DNA of 64,000 nucleotides from a bacterium (GCA_965207065.1 OZ242260.1:256001-320000), one strand, 5' to 3'. Numbered from the stretch's first letter, positions 54,094 to 64,000 are shown. Translations and numbers: made by a program. Notes: generated by a model from the letters alone, not told the origin.

Positions 54094-55422
54094 TCATACG
54101 CGCGATTCGCGCATATCCACGAACCTTTTCGCCTTGAACGTCGTTCTCTCGAAAGAACCCGCGGGCAAGACCTCCACTTCGGGCGTCACCAGGAGTTCCG
54201 TCCCGAGTCTGTCTCGCAATTTATCGCTCAGGCCCGAGTTCGCCTCCCCCTCGGCGGCTTCGGCCACGACGACGCAGCGGTCCCGTCCCGTCGATTCATC
54301 CGGGTGCAGTTCCACGCGGAACTCGTTGCTGAGGCCAGAGAAACTTCGTACCACTTCTTCCACCTGAACCGGGTAGAACTTCGCCCCCTTGTAGATGACG
54401 AGGTCGTCATGACGCCCGAGTATCCCCCCGGGCGAGCGCAGGTGCGTTCTTCCGCAAGGGCTCGGGGAAGAGTCGACGCGCGCGAAATCGTTCGTCCAGT
54501 AGCGCAGCATGGGCGTTGCCTCGCGCGTGAGATGCGTGATGACGAGTATGCCCACCTCGCCTTCGGGCGTCGGCTCTCTCGTCTCGGGGTCGACCACCTC
54601 GATGACGTGGTGGTCCTCCGCCCAGATGAGGCCCGACTTCGCCGCCGATTCACTCGCAAAGGTCGGCCCGATCTCGCCGAGACCGTAATAATCATAGGCA
54701 TCGACGCCCAAGGCGGCCTCGATCCGGGAGCGCGTGGAGGGGTTCTGCGCGCCCGCCTCTCCACCGAAAGAACCGATTTTGAGTGGGATATCGCCGGGCT
54801 CCACGCCGCTTTCGCTTAGTTTCTCGCCGATGTACAGACCATAGCTCGGCGTGCTCAGGAGCACCGTCGAGCCGATAGTGGTGAGGTAGAGTATCTGCCG
54901 CTCAGTCATGGCGGCGCCGATGGGGATCACGAAGCAGCCAATCTTCTGGGTAGCGTAGTGCACGCTCATCCCGGCGACCCACAGGCCGTAGCTGAACGCG
55001 TTCTGGACGACGTCGCCCGGCCGCACCCCGAAGCTCCACATCGTTCGCGCCGTGAAATCCGCGATGTTCTCGACGTCTTGCTTGCTCCAGATCGTGCTCA
55101 CGGGGACGCCGGTCGTGCCTGTCGAGGGGTGGAGTTCGCCCCATGCCGAAGGCTCGGCGACGGTGTATCGCCCGAACGGCGGATGCGCCTTCTGCTCGTC
55201 TCTGAGTTCTTGCTTCGTGACGAAAGGAATTTTCCGCAGGTCATCGAGCGTGCGGATCGAATCGGGGCCTACGCCCGCCGCCTCTAAGCGTTCACGATAG
55301 AATTCGGATTCCTGATAGCAACGGCGGACTTGCCATTTGAGGCGTTCGAGTTGCAGGGAGGCGAGTTCATCGCGCGCCATGCGTTCGATGCGCTGATCCC
55401 AAAAATCGCCGTTTCCCACCAT
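54094..55422 (-). CDS. Phenylacetate-CoA ligase family protein (PaaK-like)
   Basis: LQLERLK, IPFVTKQELR, STGTTG, YGLGE, EDH and GRHDD motifs. Start at ATG 55422. Confidence 0.88.
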   Translation of the reverse strand: MVGNGDFWDQRIERMARDELASLQLERLKWQVRRCYQESEFYRERLEAAGVGPDSIRTLDDLRKIPFVTKQELRDEQKAHPPFGRYTVAEPSAWGELHPSTGTTGVPVSTIWSKQDVENIADFTARTMWSFGVRPGDVVQNAFSYGLWVAGMSVHYATQKIGCFVIPIGAAMTERQILYLTTIGSTVLLSTPSYGLYIGEKLSESGVEPGDIPLKIGSFGGEAGAQNPSTRSRIEAALGVDAYDYYGLGEIGPTFASESAAKSGLIWAEDHHVIEVVDPETREPTPEGEVGILVITHLTREATPMLRYWTNDFARVDSSPSPCGRTHLRSPGGILGRHDDLVIYKGAKFYPVQVEEVVRSFSGLSNEFRVELHPDESTGRDRCVVVAEAAEGEANSGLSDKLRDRLGTELLVTPEVEVLPAGSFERTTFKAKRFVDMRESRV

Positions 55423-55612
55423 GGCCGCGGAACCTTCTAGTAGAGGGAAAAGCGAACAAACCCGTCCCGCACCCCACAACAAGTATTCAATTCACTGTCG
55501 AAAATCCCGGAAAGAGATGATAGAAAAAATAGCACACCAAGAAGTGGCGCGCAAGAAAAGTATTTTCAGGCAACCCCCGAAAATCCGCTTCGAGAGGCCA
55601 ATAAATGACAAA

Positions 55613-57490
55613 TCAAAAGGTTATCGTCGTTCCAGCCGCCTGCGGGTCGTCGAGCGCGCCGAGGAAAGCCTCCATCACCCGGGCCGGGCCGGGTCGGCCC
55701 TCGAGATTCAGCATGAAGCCATCCATCAGCTCCCGCCTCATCCATCCGGCGAACACCGCCGCCACGTCCAAATCCATCGGTTCCGGCATTGGCCCCTCGA
55801 GGTTTTCGTCCAGAAATATCTCGTTTACCTTATCTTCCAGGGCGCGAACGGGCGGTTCGCCTTTCTCGAAGGATACTTCATGGGCCAGGAGCCCGTCCTT
55901 GATGAAATAACAATATCGCTCCTCGCGCGTCTGCCCGGGTTCGACGATGATGAGCCTTCTCCTCTCGACGGACGGCCCTGACAGGGAATACATCTTCACC
56001 AGGTGATGAAGACGGGAGATATAACGCCTCAGCTTGCCGGGCGAAGGGCCTTCATCTCCCCAGGCTCTCTGCAGAAGTGAAAATACGCCCTCATCCTCTT
56101 TCGGGAGACGACCCTCCAGAAGATTCTTCAACGTATCGAACAGTTCCGCATATACCGAGTCCTGCAGACGGGGCCGTTTTCTGACACCCCGGGACCCGCC
56201 GCGCTTCTTGGCGTCGCGGAACCCATCCGGCGCTTCATAGGGGAGCGGAAAGGCGGCGCAAATGGCCTCCAGCAAATCGGAGAGCTGCGCTTTTTTCCGG
56301 AACGGGCCATAGTAACTGGCGCCGTCTCGATCGAGACGGGACACAAATGCTATCCCGGGCCGGTCGCCATTGCCGGAGAGCCTCAGAAACCCCCCGCCCG
56401 CTACGGCAAGGTTCCCGTTCACGAGGCTGGATTTTCGCATCGCTCGGAAGGCCTCGACGTTCATGGCCAGTTCGCTTCGCAGGCTCTTCGACTCCACATG
56501 GCGCACGCCCTTCAGCCTGAGGGCAAACCGGCCGGCGGAACGATTCTTGGGATAGAACATATCACGCACCGTTCGCTGTATGTCGTTGGCCTTGCCCGCG
56601 AACAGGAGTCTTTCGTCCTTGTCATACAAGCGAAAAACGCCGCGATCACGAGGGAGAGATTCAATCTTCGCCGGGTCAAGCCGAACCCCCTCCGCCATCG
56701 GTGGAGGAACACCTTCTTCGGGTTGCTGAAACTCAAGCAGGGATTCGAGGCTGTCCATTCCGCGCAATCGGCACATCTGCATGAAGCGGATGAAAATCTG
56801 CGCCGTCGCCTCGGCGTCGCTCAAGGCGCGGTGTCTCCCCTCCTCCGAGTCGGGAATCCCCAGGGTCGCGCTCAACTCTCCCAGATTGAAGCGTTTTTGG
56901 CCCGGCAGAAGCCGGTTCGCCAATTCAAAAGTGCAAAGAACCTGAGGCGAGAAATCGCGCTCCAGGAACTCCCGGGCGTAATACTGAAGAAAATGGAGGT
57001 CGAAATTCGCGCAATGGGCGACGAACACGCACCCGTCGATGAAGTCCAGAAACCCGGGCAGCGCTTCCATCAACCCCGGCTTGTCCGCCACCATGGCGTC
57101 GGTAATGCCCGTCAGGCGAACGACGTTCCAGGGAATCTCCCGGCCCGGGTTGACCAGGACGTCCCGGGAATCCACCACTTCGCCGGCGCGAACCTTGACG
57201 GCGGCCAATTCCGTAATCCGGTGCTGGGGGGGACGCCCGCCCGTGGTCTCGATATCGACGACGGCGAAGGTGGTATCGGGAAGAAACGGCGTGGAGAGCA
57301 AACGAGCGGCCTCATCCGCACTGATGGGGGCGCTCTTGCCGCTCCCGGCGCTTTTCTCAAGGAGCGGCTCCAGGATATCGAGCGCTGCCGAAGCTTCCAT
57401 CTCCTTGAGGTTCAAGGCTTTGCGGAGATATTGAAATGCGGCTGAATCTTGAATCGCCACCCGTTTCTCTTGTCTCGTTTCCTGAGCCAT
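55613..57490 (-). CDS. DEDDh 3'-5' exonuclease (DnaQ-like) fused to a degenerate GIY-YIG/UvrC-N-like region
   Basis: VVDIETTG, VAHCANFD and HRALSDA, then P...GVFRLYD....LLFAGKA. Start is uncertain. Confidence 0.8.
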   Translation of the reverse strand: MAQETRQEKRVAIQDSAAFQYLRKALNLKEMEASAALDILEPLLEKSAGSGKSAPISADEAARLLSTPFLPDTTFAVVDIETTGGRPPQHRITELAAVKVRAGEVVDSRDVLVNPGREIPWNVVRLTGITDAMVADKPGLMEALPGFLDFIDGCVFVAHCANFDLHFLQYYAREFLERDFSPQVLCTFELANRLLPGQKRFNLGELSATLGIPDSEEGRHRALSDAEATAQIFIRFMQMCRLRGMDSLESLLEFQQPEEGVPPPMAEGVRLDPAKIESLPRDRGVFRLYDKDERLLFAGKANDIQRTVRDMFYPKNRSAGRFALRLKGVRHVESKSLRSELAMNVEAFRAMRKSSLVNGNLAVAGGGFLRLSGNGDRPGIAFVSRLDRDGASYYGPFRKKAQLSDLLEAICAAFPLPYEAPDGFRDAKKRGGSRGVRKRPRLQDSVYAELFDTLKNLLEGRLPKEDEGVFSLLQRAWGDEGPSPGKLRRYISRLHHLVKMYSLSGPSVERRRLIIVEPGQTREERYCYFIKDGLLAHEVSFEKGEPPVRALEDKVNEIFLDENLEGPMPEPMDLDVAAVFAGWMRRELMDGFMLNLEGRPGPARVMEAFLGALDDPQAAGTTITF

Positions 57491-57653
57491 AATCCTGCGT
57501 TCTTGTGAAGACATGGGCCGTGATTCGAACAACATGCTCCAAATGTAGCAGAAAGCGCATGAGGATCATAGCCGGTTACCCGTAAGCTCGTTCACCATGC
57601 GCGTCTGATTTGGTATAAACCAGATAACTGGTCTTTTCCTGAGGAGAGAAGCC

Positions 57654-58088
57654 TTGTTCGGAAGTATCGGTATGACGGAGTTGATTGTGATCATGGTGGT
57701 CGCCCTGGTCGTCATCGGACCCAAGCGTCTGCCGGAGTTGGCCCGCACGCTCGGAAAGGCCCTGGGCGACTTCAAGCGCGCCACGTCGGATTTTCAGAGC
57801 AGCTTCAGCATGGAAGACGACTACGATCTCGACGTGCTCGATGAGGAAGTAAAGGAAAAGGATAAAAAAGCCGGCTCCGAAGATTCGGACGAAGACAACG
57901 CCGACGAAGTAGACCACGACGAAACCGACGACGCGGCGGAGCAAACCGCCGAACCGAAACAGACCGAGGCGGACGAACCTGCTCCAGAGCCGGGCGACGC
58001 GAAGCCTGAGGCCGAGACCGCCGCCACGGAGAGCGAAGCGGCTGAGGATAAGACCGGGGCCGCGCGAGAGGACGACAAGCAGACGTGA
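57654..58088 (+). CDS. tatB: Twin-arginine translocase subunit TatB
   Basis: IGMTELIVI.VVALVVIGPKRLPELARTLGK followed by an acidic tail. Overlaps the tatC start. Confidence 0.85.
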   Translation: MFGSIGMTELIVIMVVALVVIGPKRLPELARTLGKALGDFKRATSDFQSSFSMEDDYDLDVLDEEVKEKDKKAGSEDSDEDNADEVDHDETDDAAEQTAEPKQTEADEPAPEPGDAKPEAETAATESEAAEDKTGAAREDDKQT

Positions 58089-58852
58089 GCGGCGAATCTT
58101 CCATGCCCCTCACCGGGCACCTGACGGAGTTGCGCAACAGAATACTCTACATCCTGGGCACGATTCTCGTCGTGTTTCTGGGCGCCTATTTTTTTTCTGC
58201 CGAACTGCTGAACTTCATGCAGCGTCCCATCGCCGGTCAGAAACTCGTTTTCCTCTCGCCGACGGAAGCCTTTTTCGCGCACATCAAGGTCTCCTTCTTC
58301 GGCTCGGTGTTCATCAGCCTTCCCATCATCCTGTTTCAGATTTGGCGCTTCTGCGCCCCGGGGCTGCTGCACAGGGAGAAACGCTACATCGTGCCCTTCG
58401 TGTTTTTCTCGACGCTGAGCTTCATCGTCGGCGCCCTTTTCTGTTACTTCCTGATTCTGCCTTACGGACTTGCTTTTCTGTTGAGCTTCGCCACCGAAAA
58501 CCTGACGCCCCAGATTTCGATAGGTTTTTACATCTCCTTCGCCTTCAAGCTTATCTTTACGTTCGGTCTGGTGTTCGAAGTGCCGATCGTCACCATCCTG
58601 CTTGTGCAGATCGGCGTCATCACACCCGAATTCCTCTCGAAAAACCGCGGGTACGTCTTCGTCGGCGCATTCGTCCTCTCCGCTTTGCTAACGCCGCCCG
58701 ACGTGGTGACGCAGGTATTTCTCGCAGGCCCCGTCATCGTGTTGTTCGAGATCAGCATCATCGTCTCGAAAATCATCATGAAGCGAAAGAAAAAGCGCGA
58801 GGAAGAAAGGGAGAAGGAATGGGAAGACGACGATGACGATGATTCGGATTAG
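58085..58852 (+). CDS. tatC: Twin-arginine translocase subunit TatC
   Basis: MPLTGHLTELRNR, SPTEAF, QIWRF.APGL..RE, FEVP and TPPD motifs. Confidence 0.95.
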   Translation: MSGESSMPLTGHLTELRNRILYILGTILVVFLGAYFFSAELLNFMQRPIAGQKLVFLSPTEAFFAHIKVSFFGSVFISLPIILFQIWRFCAPGLLHREKRYIVPFVFFSTLSFIVGALFCYFLILPYGLAFLLSFATENLTPQISIGFYISFAFKLIFTFGLVFEVPIVTILLVQIGVITPEFLSKNRGYVFVGAFVLSALLTPPDVVTQVFLAGPVIVLFEISIIVSKIIMKRKKKREEEREKEWEDDDDDDSD

Positions 58853-59031
58853 TCCCTTGCGGGCGCCCCGCCCATAAAGACGGATTACGTCCCCGGACGC
58901 GTATAAGGAGCCCATCTTGAATTCCCCGGACTCCCGCGCCGAGTTAGCCTCCGCCCATAGAATCAACTACTCACTGGATATGCCCAATCTACCCGAAACC
59001 TGCGCGCAACCCGAGTGAGCGCCGCCTCAAT

Positions 59032-59313
59032 ATGAAAGAAGAGACGCGGCGGATCCGCCTCATCATCCGTGGCCGGGTGCAGGGCGTCTGGTACCGGGGC
59101 AGCGCTCAGGAGGTCGCCGGTGAACTCGGCCTCACAGGATGGGTGAGAAACTTGAGCGACGGGAGCGTGGAACTGGTCGCCGAAGGTGTGAGTTCTGCGC
59201 TCGAAGCCCTCAAGGTCTGGTGCCGTGAGGGGCCGCCTTTAGCGAGAGTCCATGACATCTTTGAGGAGCAATTGACGCCTTGCGGGAAACCGGCCACGTT
59301 CGAGGTGCGCTGA
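59032..59313 (+). CDS. acyP: Acylphosphatase
   Basis: GRVQGVWYR, GWVRNL.DGSVE and GPP.ARV motifs. Confidence 0.93.
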   Translation: MKEETRRIRLIIRGRVQGVWYRGSAQEVAGELGLTGWVRNLSDGSVELVAEGVSSALEALKVWCREGPPLARVHDIFEEQLTPCGKPATFEVR

Positions 59314-59317
59314 TTCG

Positions 59318-60214
59318 CTAGATGCCTGCAAATCCCGTCCAGAAGATGAGATAAGAGGAAATGGCGTTCAGGTAGTTCGTGATCAGCAGGCCGCCCACGA
59401 GCAGAAGCATGGCGCTGCTCGCGATTTCCACCCCGCGGAAATAGCGCCGGAACGACTGATAAAACCGGAAAAAATACCCCACGCACAGGCCGCTCAGGAG
59501 AAACGGAACGCCCAGACCGGCGGAATAGCTCGCCAGGAGAATGACACCCTGCCCTGCCGTTTGCTGCGTTCCGGCGAACAGGAGAATGCTGCCCAGAATC
59601 GGGCCGACGCAGGGCGTCCAGCCCGCGGCGAAGGTGACGCCGACCAGCATGCTGCCGAGCCAGCCTGCGGGCTTGCTTTTCAGCATGATGCGGCTCTCCG
59701 AGGAGAGCACGGGCGCGAAAACGGCCACGAACACATAGAGCGCGATGGCCGAGAGCACCCCGCCCAGCGCGGGGTAGCCCATTTGCAGGCCCGCCAAGCC
59801 CGCCAGAAAAACCAGGGCGGCGAACGCGCCGCTCACGCCGGTCGGTTTTTCGGAGAAAAACCTCTGTACCCTGAATTCAAAAGCTCTATCGCCGACATAA
59901 AGACCGAACATGGTGATCATGATGCCGCCCAGCAGCCTGACGTGATCCTGATACTGAAACAATATATTTCCCACATAGGACACGCTGGCGCCCAACATGA
60001 TGAAGACGATAGAAAACCCTGCCACGAAGAACAGGGAATTCACCAGGATAACGCTTCTCACGCGGGCGGCCTCTCCGCTCTCTCTGATTTCCTCATAGGA
60101 CAAACCCGTTAAGTAGGAAAGATAACTGGGGACCAGCGGGAGGATGCACGGGGAGGCGAAACTGAGCACCCCCGCCGCGAAAGCCAGGCTCAAGGACACA
60201 TTTTCCGGGGCCAT
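59318..60214 (-). CDS. ccdA: Cytochrome c biogenesis thiol-disulfide transporter CcdA
   Basis: AGVLSFASPCILPLVP and GWTPCVGPIL Cys motifs, with an internal insertion. Confidence 0.88.
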   Translation of the reverse strand: MAPENVSLSLAFAAGVLSFASPCILPLVPSYLSYLTGLSYEEIRESGEAARVRSVILVNSLFFVAGFSIVFIMLGASVSYVGNILFQYQDHVRLLGGIMITMFGLYVGDRAFEFRVQRFFSEKPTGVSGAFAALVFLAGLAGLQMGYPALGGVLSAIALYVFVAVFAPVLSSESRIMLKSKPAGWLGSMLVGVTFAAGWTPCVGPILGSILLFAGTQQTAGQGVILLASYSAGLGVPFLLSGLCVGYFFRFYQSFRRYFRGVEIASSAMLLLVGGLLITNYLNAISSYLIFWTGFAGI

Positions 60215-60342
60215 TGTTTTTCCTTATGAAAATCGCCGGCGGCCATGCGGATGATTCGGTTGATTCTACACAAGCCCAACAGGGTATTTTATCACAACAA
60301 AACTATGGACGAGATGTATTTGCCGGGATGAGGGAAACTCGA

Positions 60343-61665
60343 TCAGTTTCCACGCACCCCGTCCCCATCGAAGGGATTGTGGATACATATCGTATCATCA
60401 CGGCTCGGCCCCGTGGATATCAGCCATACCGGCCTGTCGGTCAACTCCTCGAGACCCTTGATGTAATCCTTCGCCCTGGAGGGCAGGGCGTCAAAATCCC
60501 TCATCCCCCCGGTGGTGGACATCCAGCCGGGAAATTCCGTATATACGGGCTTGCATTGTTCCAGAATCGAGGTCTCCGCCGGGAAGATCGTGACGCGCTC
60601 GCCCTCGTATTCATAGCCCACGCAAACCCGAATCGTCTCCTGATTATCGAGCACATCGAGCTTCGTCACCGCTATCGCGTCCATCCCGGCCACCTGGATG
60701 CAGTGGCGGGCCGCCACGGCGTCGAACCACCCGCACCGCCTGGGCCTGCCCGTCGTGGCGCCGAACTCACCACCCTCCTCACGCAGCTTCCCCGCTTCCA
60801 CATCTCCCATTTCGGAGGGAAACGGGCCTTGCCCCACCCGCGTGCAATACGCTTTCATGATCCCGAACACCGTGTTCAGCCGCCTGTAGGGCAGTCCCAG
60901 CCCGCTCATCGCCCCGCCCACGCCGGTGTTGCTCGACGTCACATAGGGATACGTGCCCATATCCAGGTCGAGGAGGATTCCCTGCGCGCCCTCGAGCAGG
61001 ATTTTCTTGTTCCCGTTCAACGCGTCGTTGATCTCCGCATCCGTGTTCCGCACATGGGGGCTCAGCTTTTTCCGCACCTGGGAGCACACGTCCAGGATAT
61101 GTGCCTCATCGAGTGCCTTCGTTTCCTCCTCATTCAGGTCGATACCGCCCAGAAGCCGCTTCTTGATGGCCAGGCTGACGCGGATGCGATCCCTCAGAAT
61201 CTTCTCATCGAACAGATCCGAAATCCGCACACCCAGCCTCGCCGCCTTGTCGGAGTAGGCCGGTCCGATGCCCCGGCCCGTCGTTCCGATGCGGTTGACG
61301 CCCAGGAGCTCTTCCATGTGGGAATCGAGAACCTTGTGGTAGGGCATGATGAGGTGCGCGCGCTTGCCGAGAACGAGATTCTCCCCGATCTCGATACCCA
61401 CGGAGCGGAGGTATTCAATCTCCTCCACCAGACCCAGCGGGTCCACCACCACGCCGGAGCCGATGATGCACTTGACCCTTGCGTGCAATATCCCGGTCGG
61501 TATCAGGTGGAGAATGTATTGATTCCCCTCGACGACCACGGTATGCCCCGCGTTCGCTCCGCCCTGGTAGCGGGCCACTACGTCCGCCTGACTCGCCAGC
61601 CAGTCGATGACTTTTCCTTTACCTTCATCACCCCACTGACCACCCAGAATCGCTAAAACGCTCAT
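60343..61665 (-). CDS. purA: Adenylosuccinate synthetase
   Basis: QWGDEGKGK, GGANAGHT, GTTGRGIGP, EGAQG and TTGRPRRCGW motifs. Confidence 0.97.
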   Translation of the reverse strand: MSVLAILGGQWGDEGKGKVIDWLASQADVVARYQGGANAGHTVVVEGNQYILHLIPTGILHARVKCIIGSGVVVDPLGLVEEIEYLRSVGIEIGENLVLGKRAHLIMPYHKVLDSHMEELLGVNRIGTTGRGIGPAYSDKAARLGVRISDLFDEKILRDRIRVSLAIKKRLLGGIDLNEEETKALDEAHILDVCSQVRKKLSPHVRNTDAEINDALNGNKKILLEGAQGILLDLDMGTYPYVTSSNTGVGGAMSGLGLPYRRLNTVFGIMKAYCTRVGQGPFPSEMGDVEAGKLREEGGEFGATTGRPRRCGWFDAVAARHCIQVAGMDAIAVTKLDVLDNQETIRVCVGYEYEGERVTIFPAETSILEQCKPVYTEFPGWMSTTGGMRDFDALPSRAKDYIKGLEELTDRPVWLISTGPSRDDTICIHNPFDGDGVRGN

Positions 61666-62951
61666 CGGCTCTCATCCCTTCCGCCCATCCGGGCGAGAAT
61701 TTCCTCAATCGGGTATGCGCCCAAATCTTCCCCATCCGGCTCGAGGAGCCTGGCGCGGCCTCCCCTCTTTCCGCCGCGCTCGATGACGAGGCATTTCGAC
61801 ACGCCCGTCTCCCGCGCGTATTCCAGCGAGCCCGCGATGTCGCGGCGAATAATATCGCGCGCCACCCGCCAGCCCCGCGCCCTGAGTTTTCGGGAAAGAA
61901 CAATGCCCGAGCGCTTCTCTCGCGTGAGGTCGATGACGAGGAAATCCGTTCCGTTTCTATTCTCCGCCCCTTGCGTCACGAGTGGAAGCATCTGATTCAG
62001 ATCGACGGCGAAGCCTGTGCCGAGCGCGTCGCCGCCGTATAATCCCAGGAGCTTGTCGTAGCGGCCTCCACCGCATACGGGATATCCCGAACCTTCTACG
62101 AACCCCTCGAATATCACCCCCGTATAGTAGTCAAAATCCTTAAAATCGCACAAATCGAAGATGATGCGCTCAGAGAGGCCATACAACTCCAGTATCCGGA
62201 ATACTTTCAGCAGTTCCCGAACAGCGCCCCTGGCCGCCGGTGTTCTTGTCTTCTCCTCCACGTCTTGGAGCACTTCGACTCCGCCGAAACACTCCGGAAC
62301 CCGCTCGAGCAGTCCGGCGTCCGTCTTTTCGCGCGGCACTCCCTTGAGGAGGCTCGCCACGCCCGAGGAATCTCGGCGCCCAATCGCTTCGAGCAACTCG
62401 GCCCTTTGCGCGCCTTCCAGACCCAGGGCGTTCAGAATCCCGAGCAGGAATGCGCCATGACTCAAGGACATGCGGAAATTTTCCACCCCGTTCGCCTGCA
62501 GGCACTCCACGGCGATGGCTATCATCTCGGCGTCGGCTTCCAGAGAGACCAGGCCGATCAGCTCCACGCCCGCCTGCCAGAATTCACGCTGCAATTCCCC
62601 CGCTACGTGGGCGTAGCGAAAGACGTTCGCCGCATAGGAGAGGCGCAGAGGCCTGGGATGAGCGGCCAGAATCGTTCCGGCCGCTCTTGCGATCTGCGGC
62701 GTCATGTCCGCCCGGAGGGCCAGCAGTCCGCCGCTTTCCAGATCCACCATCCGGTAGGTCTGCGCTTCGAGAATCTCGGACCCCGCCCGGGGAACATAGA
62801 ACTCGAAGGCGGGCGTGAGGAGTTCCCGGAACCCCCACTGCTCGAATACGCCGAGCAGGCTCTCCTCCACCTCCCTCTTGTGTTTCGCTTCACCCGGCAG
62901 GAAAACGCGCGAACCACCCGGAATGGCCCGCGGGGAGGTTATCTGTCTCAT
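61662..62951 (-). CDS. hisZ: ATP phosphoribosyltransferase regulatory subunit
   Basis: HisRS-like fold: LRADMTPQIAR, EFWQAGVELIG, YYTG.IFE and GGRYD.LL. Typical position upstream of purA. Confidence 0.88.
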   Translation of the reverse strand: MRQITSPRAIPGGSRVFLPGEAKHKREVEESLLGVFEQWGFRELLTPAFEFYVPRAGSEILEAQTYRMVDLESGGLLALRADMTPQIARAAGTILAAHPRPLRLSYAANVFRYAHVAGELQREFWQAGVELIGLVSLEADAEMIAIAVECLQANGVENFRMSLSHGAFLLGILNALGLEGAQRAELLEAIGRRDSSGVASLLKGVPREKTDAGLLERVPECFGGVEVLQDVEEKTRTPAARGAVRELLKVFRILELYGLSERIIFDLCDFKDFDYYTGVIFEGFVEGSGYPVCGGGRYDKLLGLYGGDALGTGFAVDLNQMLPLVTQGAENRNGTDFLVIDLTREKRSGIVLSRKLRARGWRVARDIIRRDIAGSLEYARETGVSKCLVIERGGKRGGRARLLEPDGEDLGAYPIEEILARMGGRDESR

Positions 62952-64000
62952 GAAAAGCCCAACCTGACGAGGCAGGCGTCATAGACGTGGGGAATGGCGC
63001 GAACCTCTTCCATGACGGGTTCGGGCACCGGATCGTCGAGTATCAGGACGGCGACGGCCATGTCATGCTGCCACACGCGCCCCAGCTGCATGCCGGCGAT
63101 GTTGATGTTGTGATTCCCCAGCAGGGTGCCCATCTTTCCGATCATCCCGGGCCGGTCTTCGTTCCGGAATATGAGAAGATAGCCGCGTAACGCCACGTCG
63201 ACCGAATAGTCGTCTATCCGAACGATTCTGGGATCGTTCTTGCGGAGAAAAGTCCCCGCCACGGATCGCTCGCCCGAGTCGGTCTTCACGCGAAGCTCAA
63301 TCAGGTCCGTATAGAGGAGATTCTCCGTGCGAGTCGTCGTCCTCACATCGATGCCGCGCTCTTTCGCGAGCAGGAGGCCGTTCACCATATTCACGCGGAC
63401 GCTGGAGAGGAACCGGCCCAGCATCCCCTTGATGGCGGAGGCGGCCAGCGCCTTCATGGGTATGTCCACGGAGCCGCCATATACCACTTCGAGCGTCTGC
63501 AATCCCCCGCCCGCGAGCTGGGCCAGAAAATCTCCCAGGCGATCGGCCAGATCCAGATGGGGGCCGATTTGCTCGAGCACCTCGGGACTCAGGGAGGGCA
63601 GGTTCACCGCGTGGCCGACCACCCCTTCGGTCAGATACGCCACAACCTGTTTCGCCACGCTGATCGCCACGTTCTCCTGCGCCTCGGCGGTCGAGGCGCC
63701 CAGATGCGGCGTGCAGACGACGTCGTCTCGCCCGATGAGCGGGTCGTTCGGGTCGGGTGGCTCCTGTTGATACACGTCCACCGCCGCGCCCCCGACCTTT
63801 CCGCTGTCGAGCGCCTCGGCCAGCGCCTCCTCGTTGATGAGCCCCCCGCGCGCGCAGTTGATGATGCGAACGCCGTCTCGCATCAGGGCGATTTCCGCAG
63901 GGCCGATCAGGTTTCCCGTCTCGGTGTTCTTGGGCACATGCAGGGTGATGTAGTCGGACTTGGCCAGAAGCTCCTCGAAGTCCACCGGACTCACCCCGCG
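62948..64000 (-). CDS. serA: D-3-phosphoglycerate dehydrogenase (5' partial)
   Basis: INCARGG, EPP and TPHLGAST.EAQ motifs, plus ASB and ACT (NEDRPGMIG) domains. Confidence 0.93.
   Translation of the reverse strand, partial: RGVSPVDFEELLAKSDYITLHVPKNTETGNLIGPAEIALMRDGVRIINCARGGLINEEALAEALDSGKVGGAAVDVYQQEPPDPNDPLIGRDDVVCTPHLGASTAEAQENVAISVAKQVVAYLTEGVVGHAVNLPSLSPEVLEQIGPHLDLADRLGDFLAQLAGGGLQTLEVVYGGSVDIPMKALAASAIKGMLGRFLSSVRVNMVNGLLLAKERGIDVRTTTRTENLLYTDLIELRVKTDSGERSVAGTFLRKNDPRIVRIDDYSVDVALRGYLLIFRNEDRPGMIGKMGTLLGNHNINIAGMQLGRVWQHDMAVAVLILDDPVPEPVMEEVRAIPHVYDACLVRLGFS

Noticed and set aside
58853-59031. ncRNA (e.g. 6S) between tatC and acyP
   Set aside because: Only a short CCGCCCATA repeat and weak hairpins. 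No long rod structure is evident.

Overview
GC-rich bacterial chromosomal window. The gene set suggests a diderm of the Nitrospinota/Desulfobacterota type, but this is a low-confidence inference. From left to right: (1) 1-13.6 kb, a surface-polysaccharide/nonulosonic-acid cluster downstream of tRNA-Glu (two O-antigen ligase/polymerase-like proteins, GT2, AsnB-like amidotransferase, ABC exporter, GT2-cytidylyltransferase fusion, NeuA-NeuB fusion, LIC12162-type transferase) with a coupled nickel-pincer LarA-family racemase; (2) 13.9-30 kb, accessory metabolism, including an exported di-heme cytochrome c coupled to an atypical PhnDCE-like ABC importer behind a DtxR/MntR-like palindrome, amtB-glnK, a lone cbtB, and a CxxU Rdx/SelW-family selenoprotein (truncated by the ORF caller) coupled to a MOSC gene and followed by PhzF; (3) 30-36.4 kb, an HMGS-DUF35 fusion plus thiolase, then an islet with nested MITE-like elements, REP/RIME-like palindromes, a thermonuclease, a pentapeptide protein and a SeqA-N/RAMA-like DNA reader; (4) 36.4-64 kb, mostly housekeeping genes (AceE-like E1, menaquinone genes, gatC, pcrA/uvrD, an amino-sugar cluster with an apparently split GlmU, a degenerate NtrC-like regulator, CoA ligase-thiolase-DUF35, DEDDh exonuclease, tatBC, acyP, ccdA, purA, hisZ, serA). 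The strongest candidates for undescribed systems are the cytochrome/PhnDCE-like module, LarA in the nonulosonate cluster, and the selenoprotein-MOSC-PhzF unit. All calls come from reading motifs by eye; no database searches were run.
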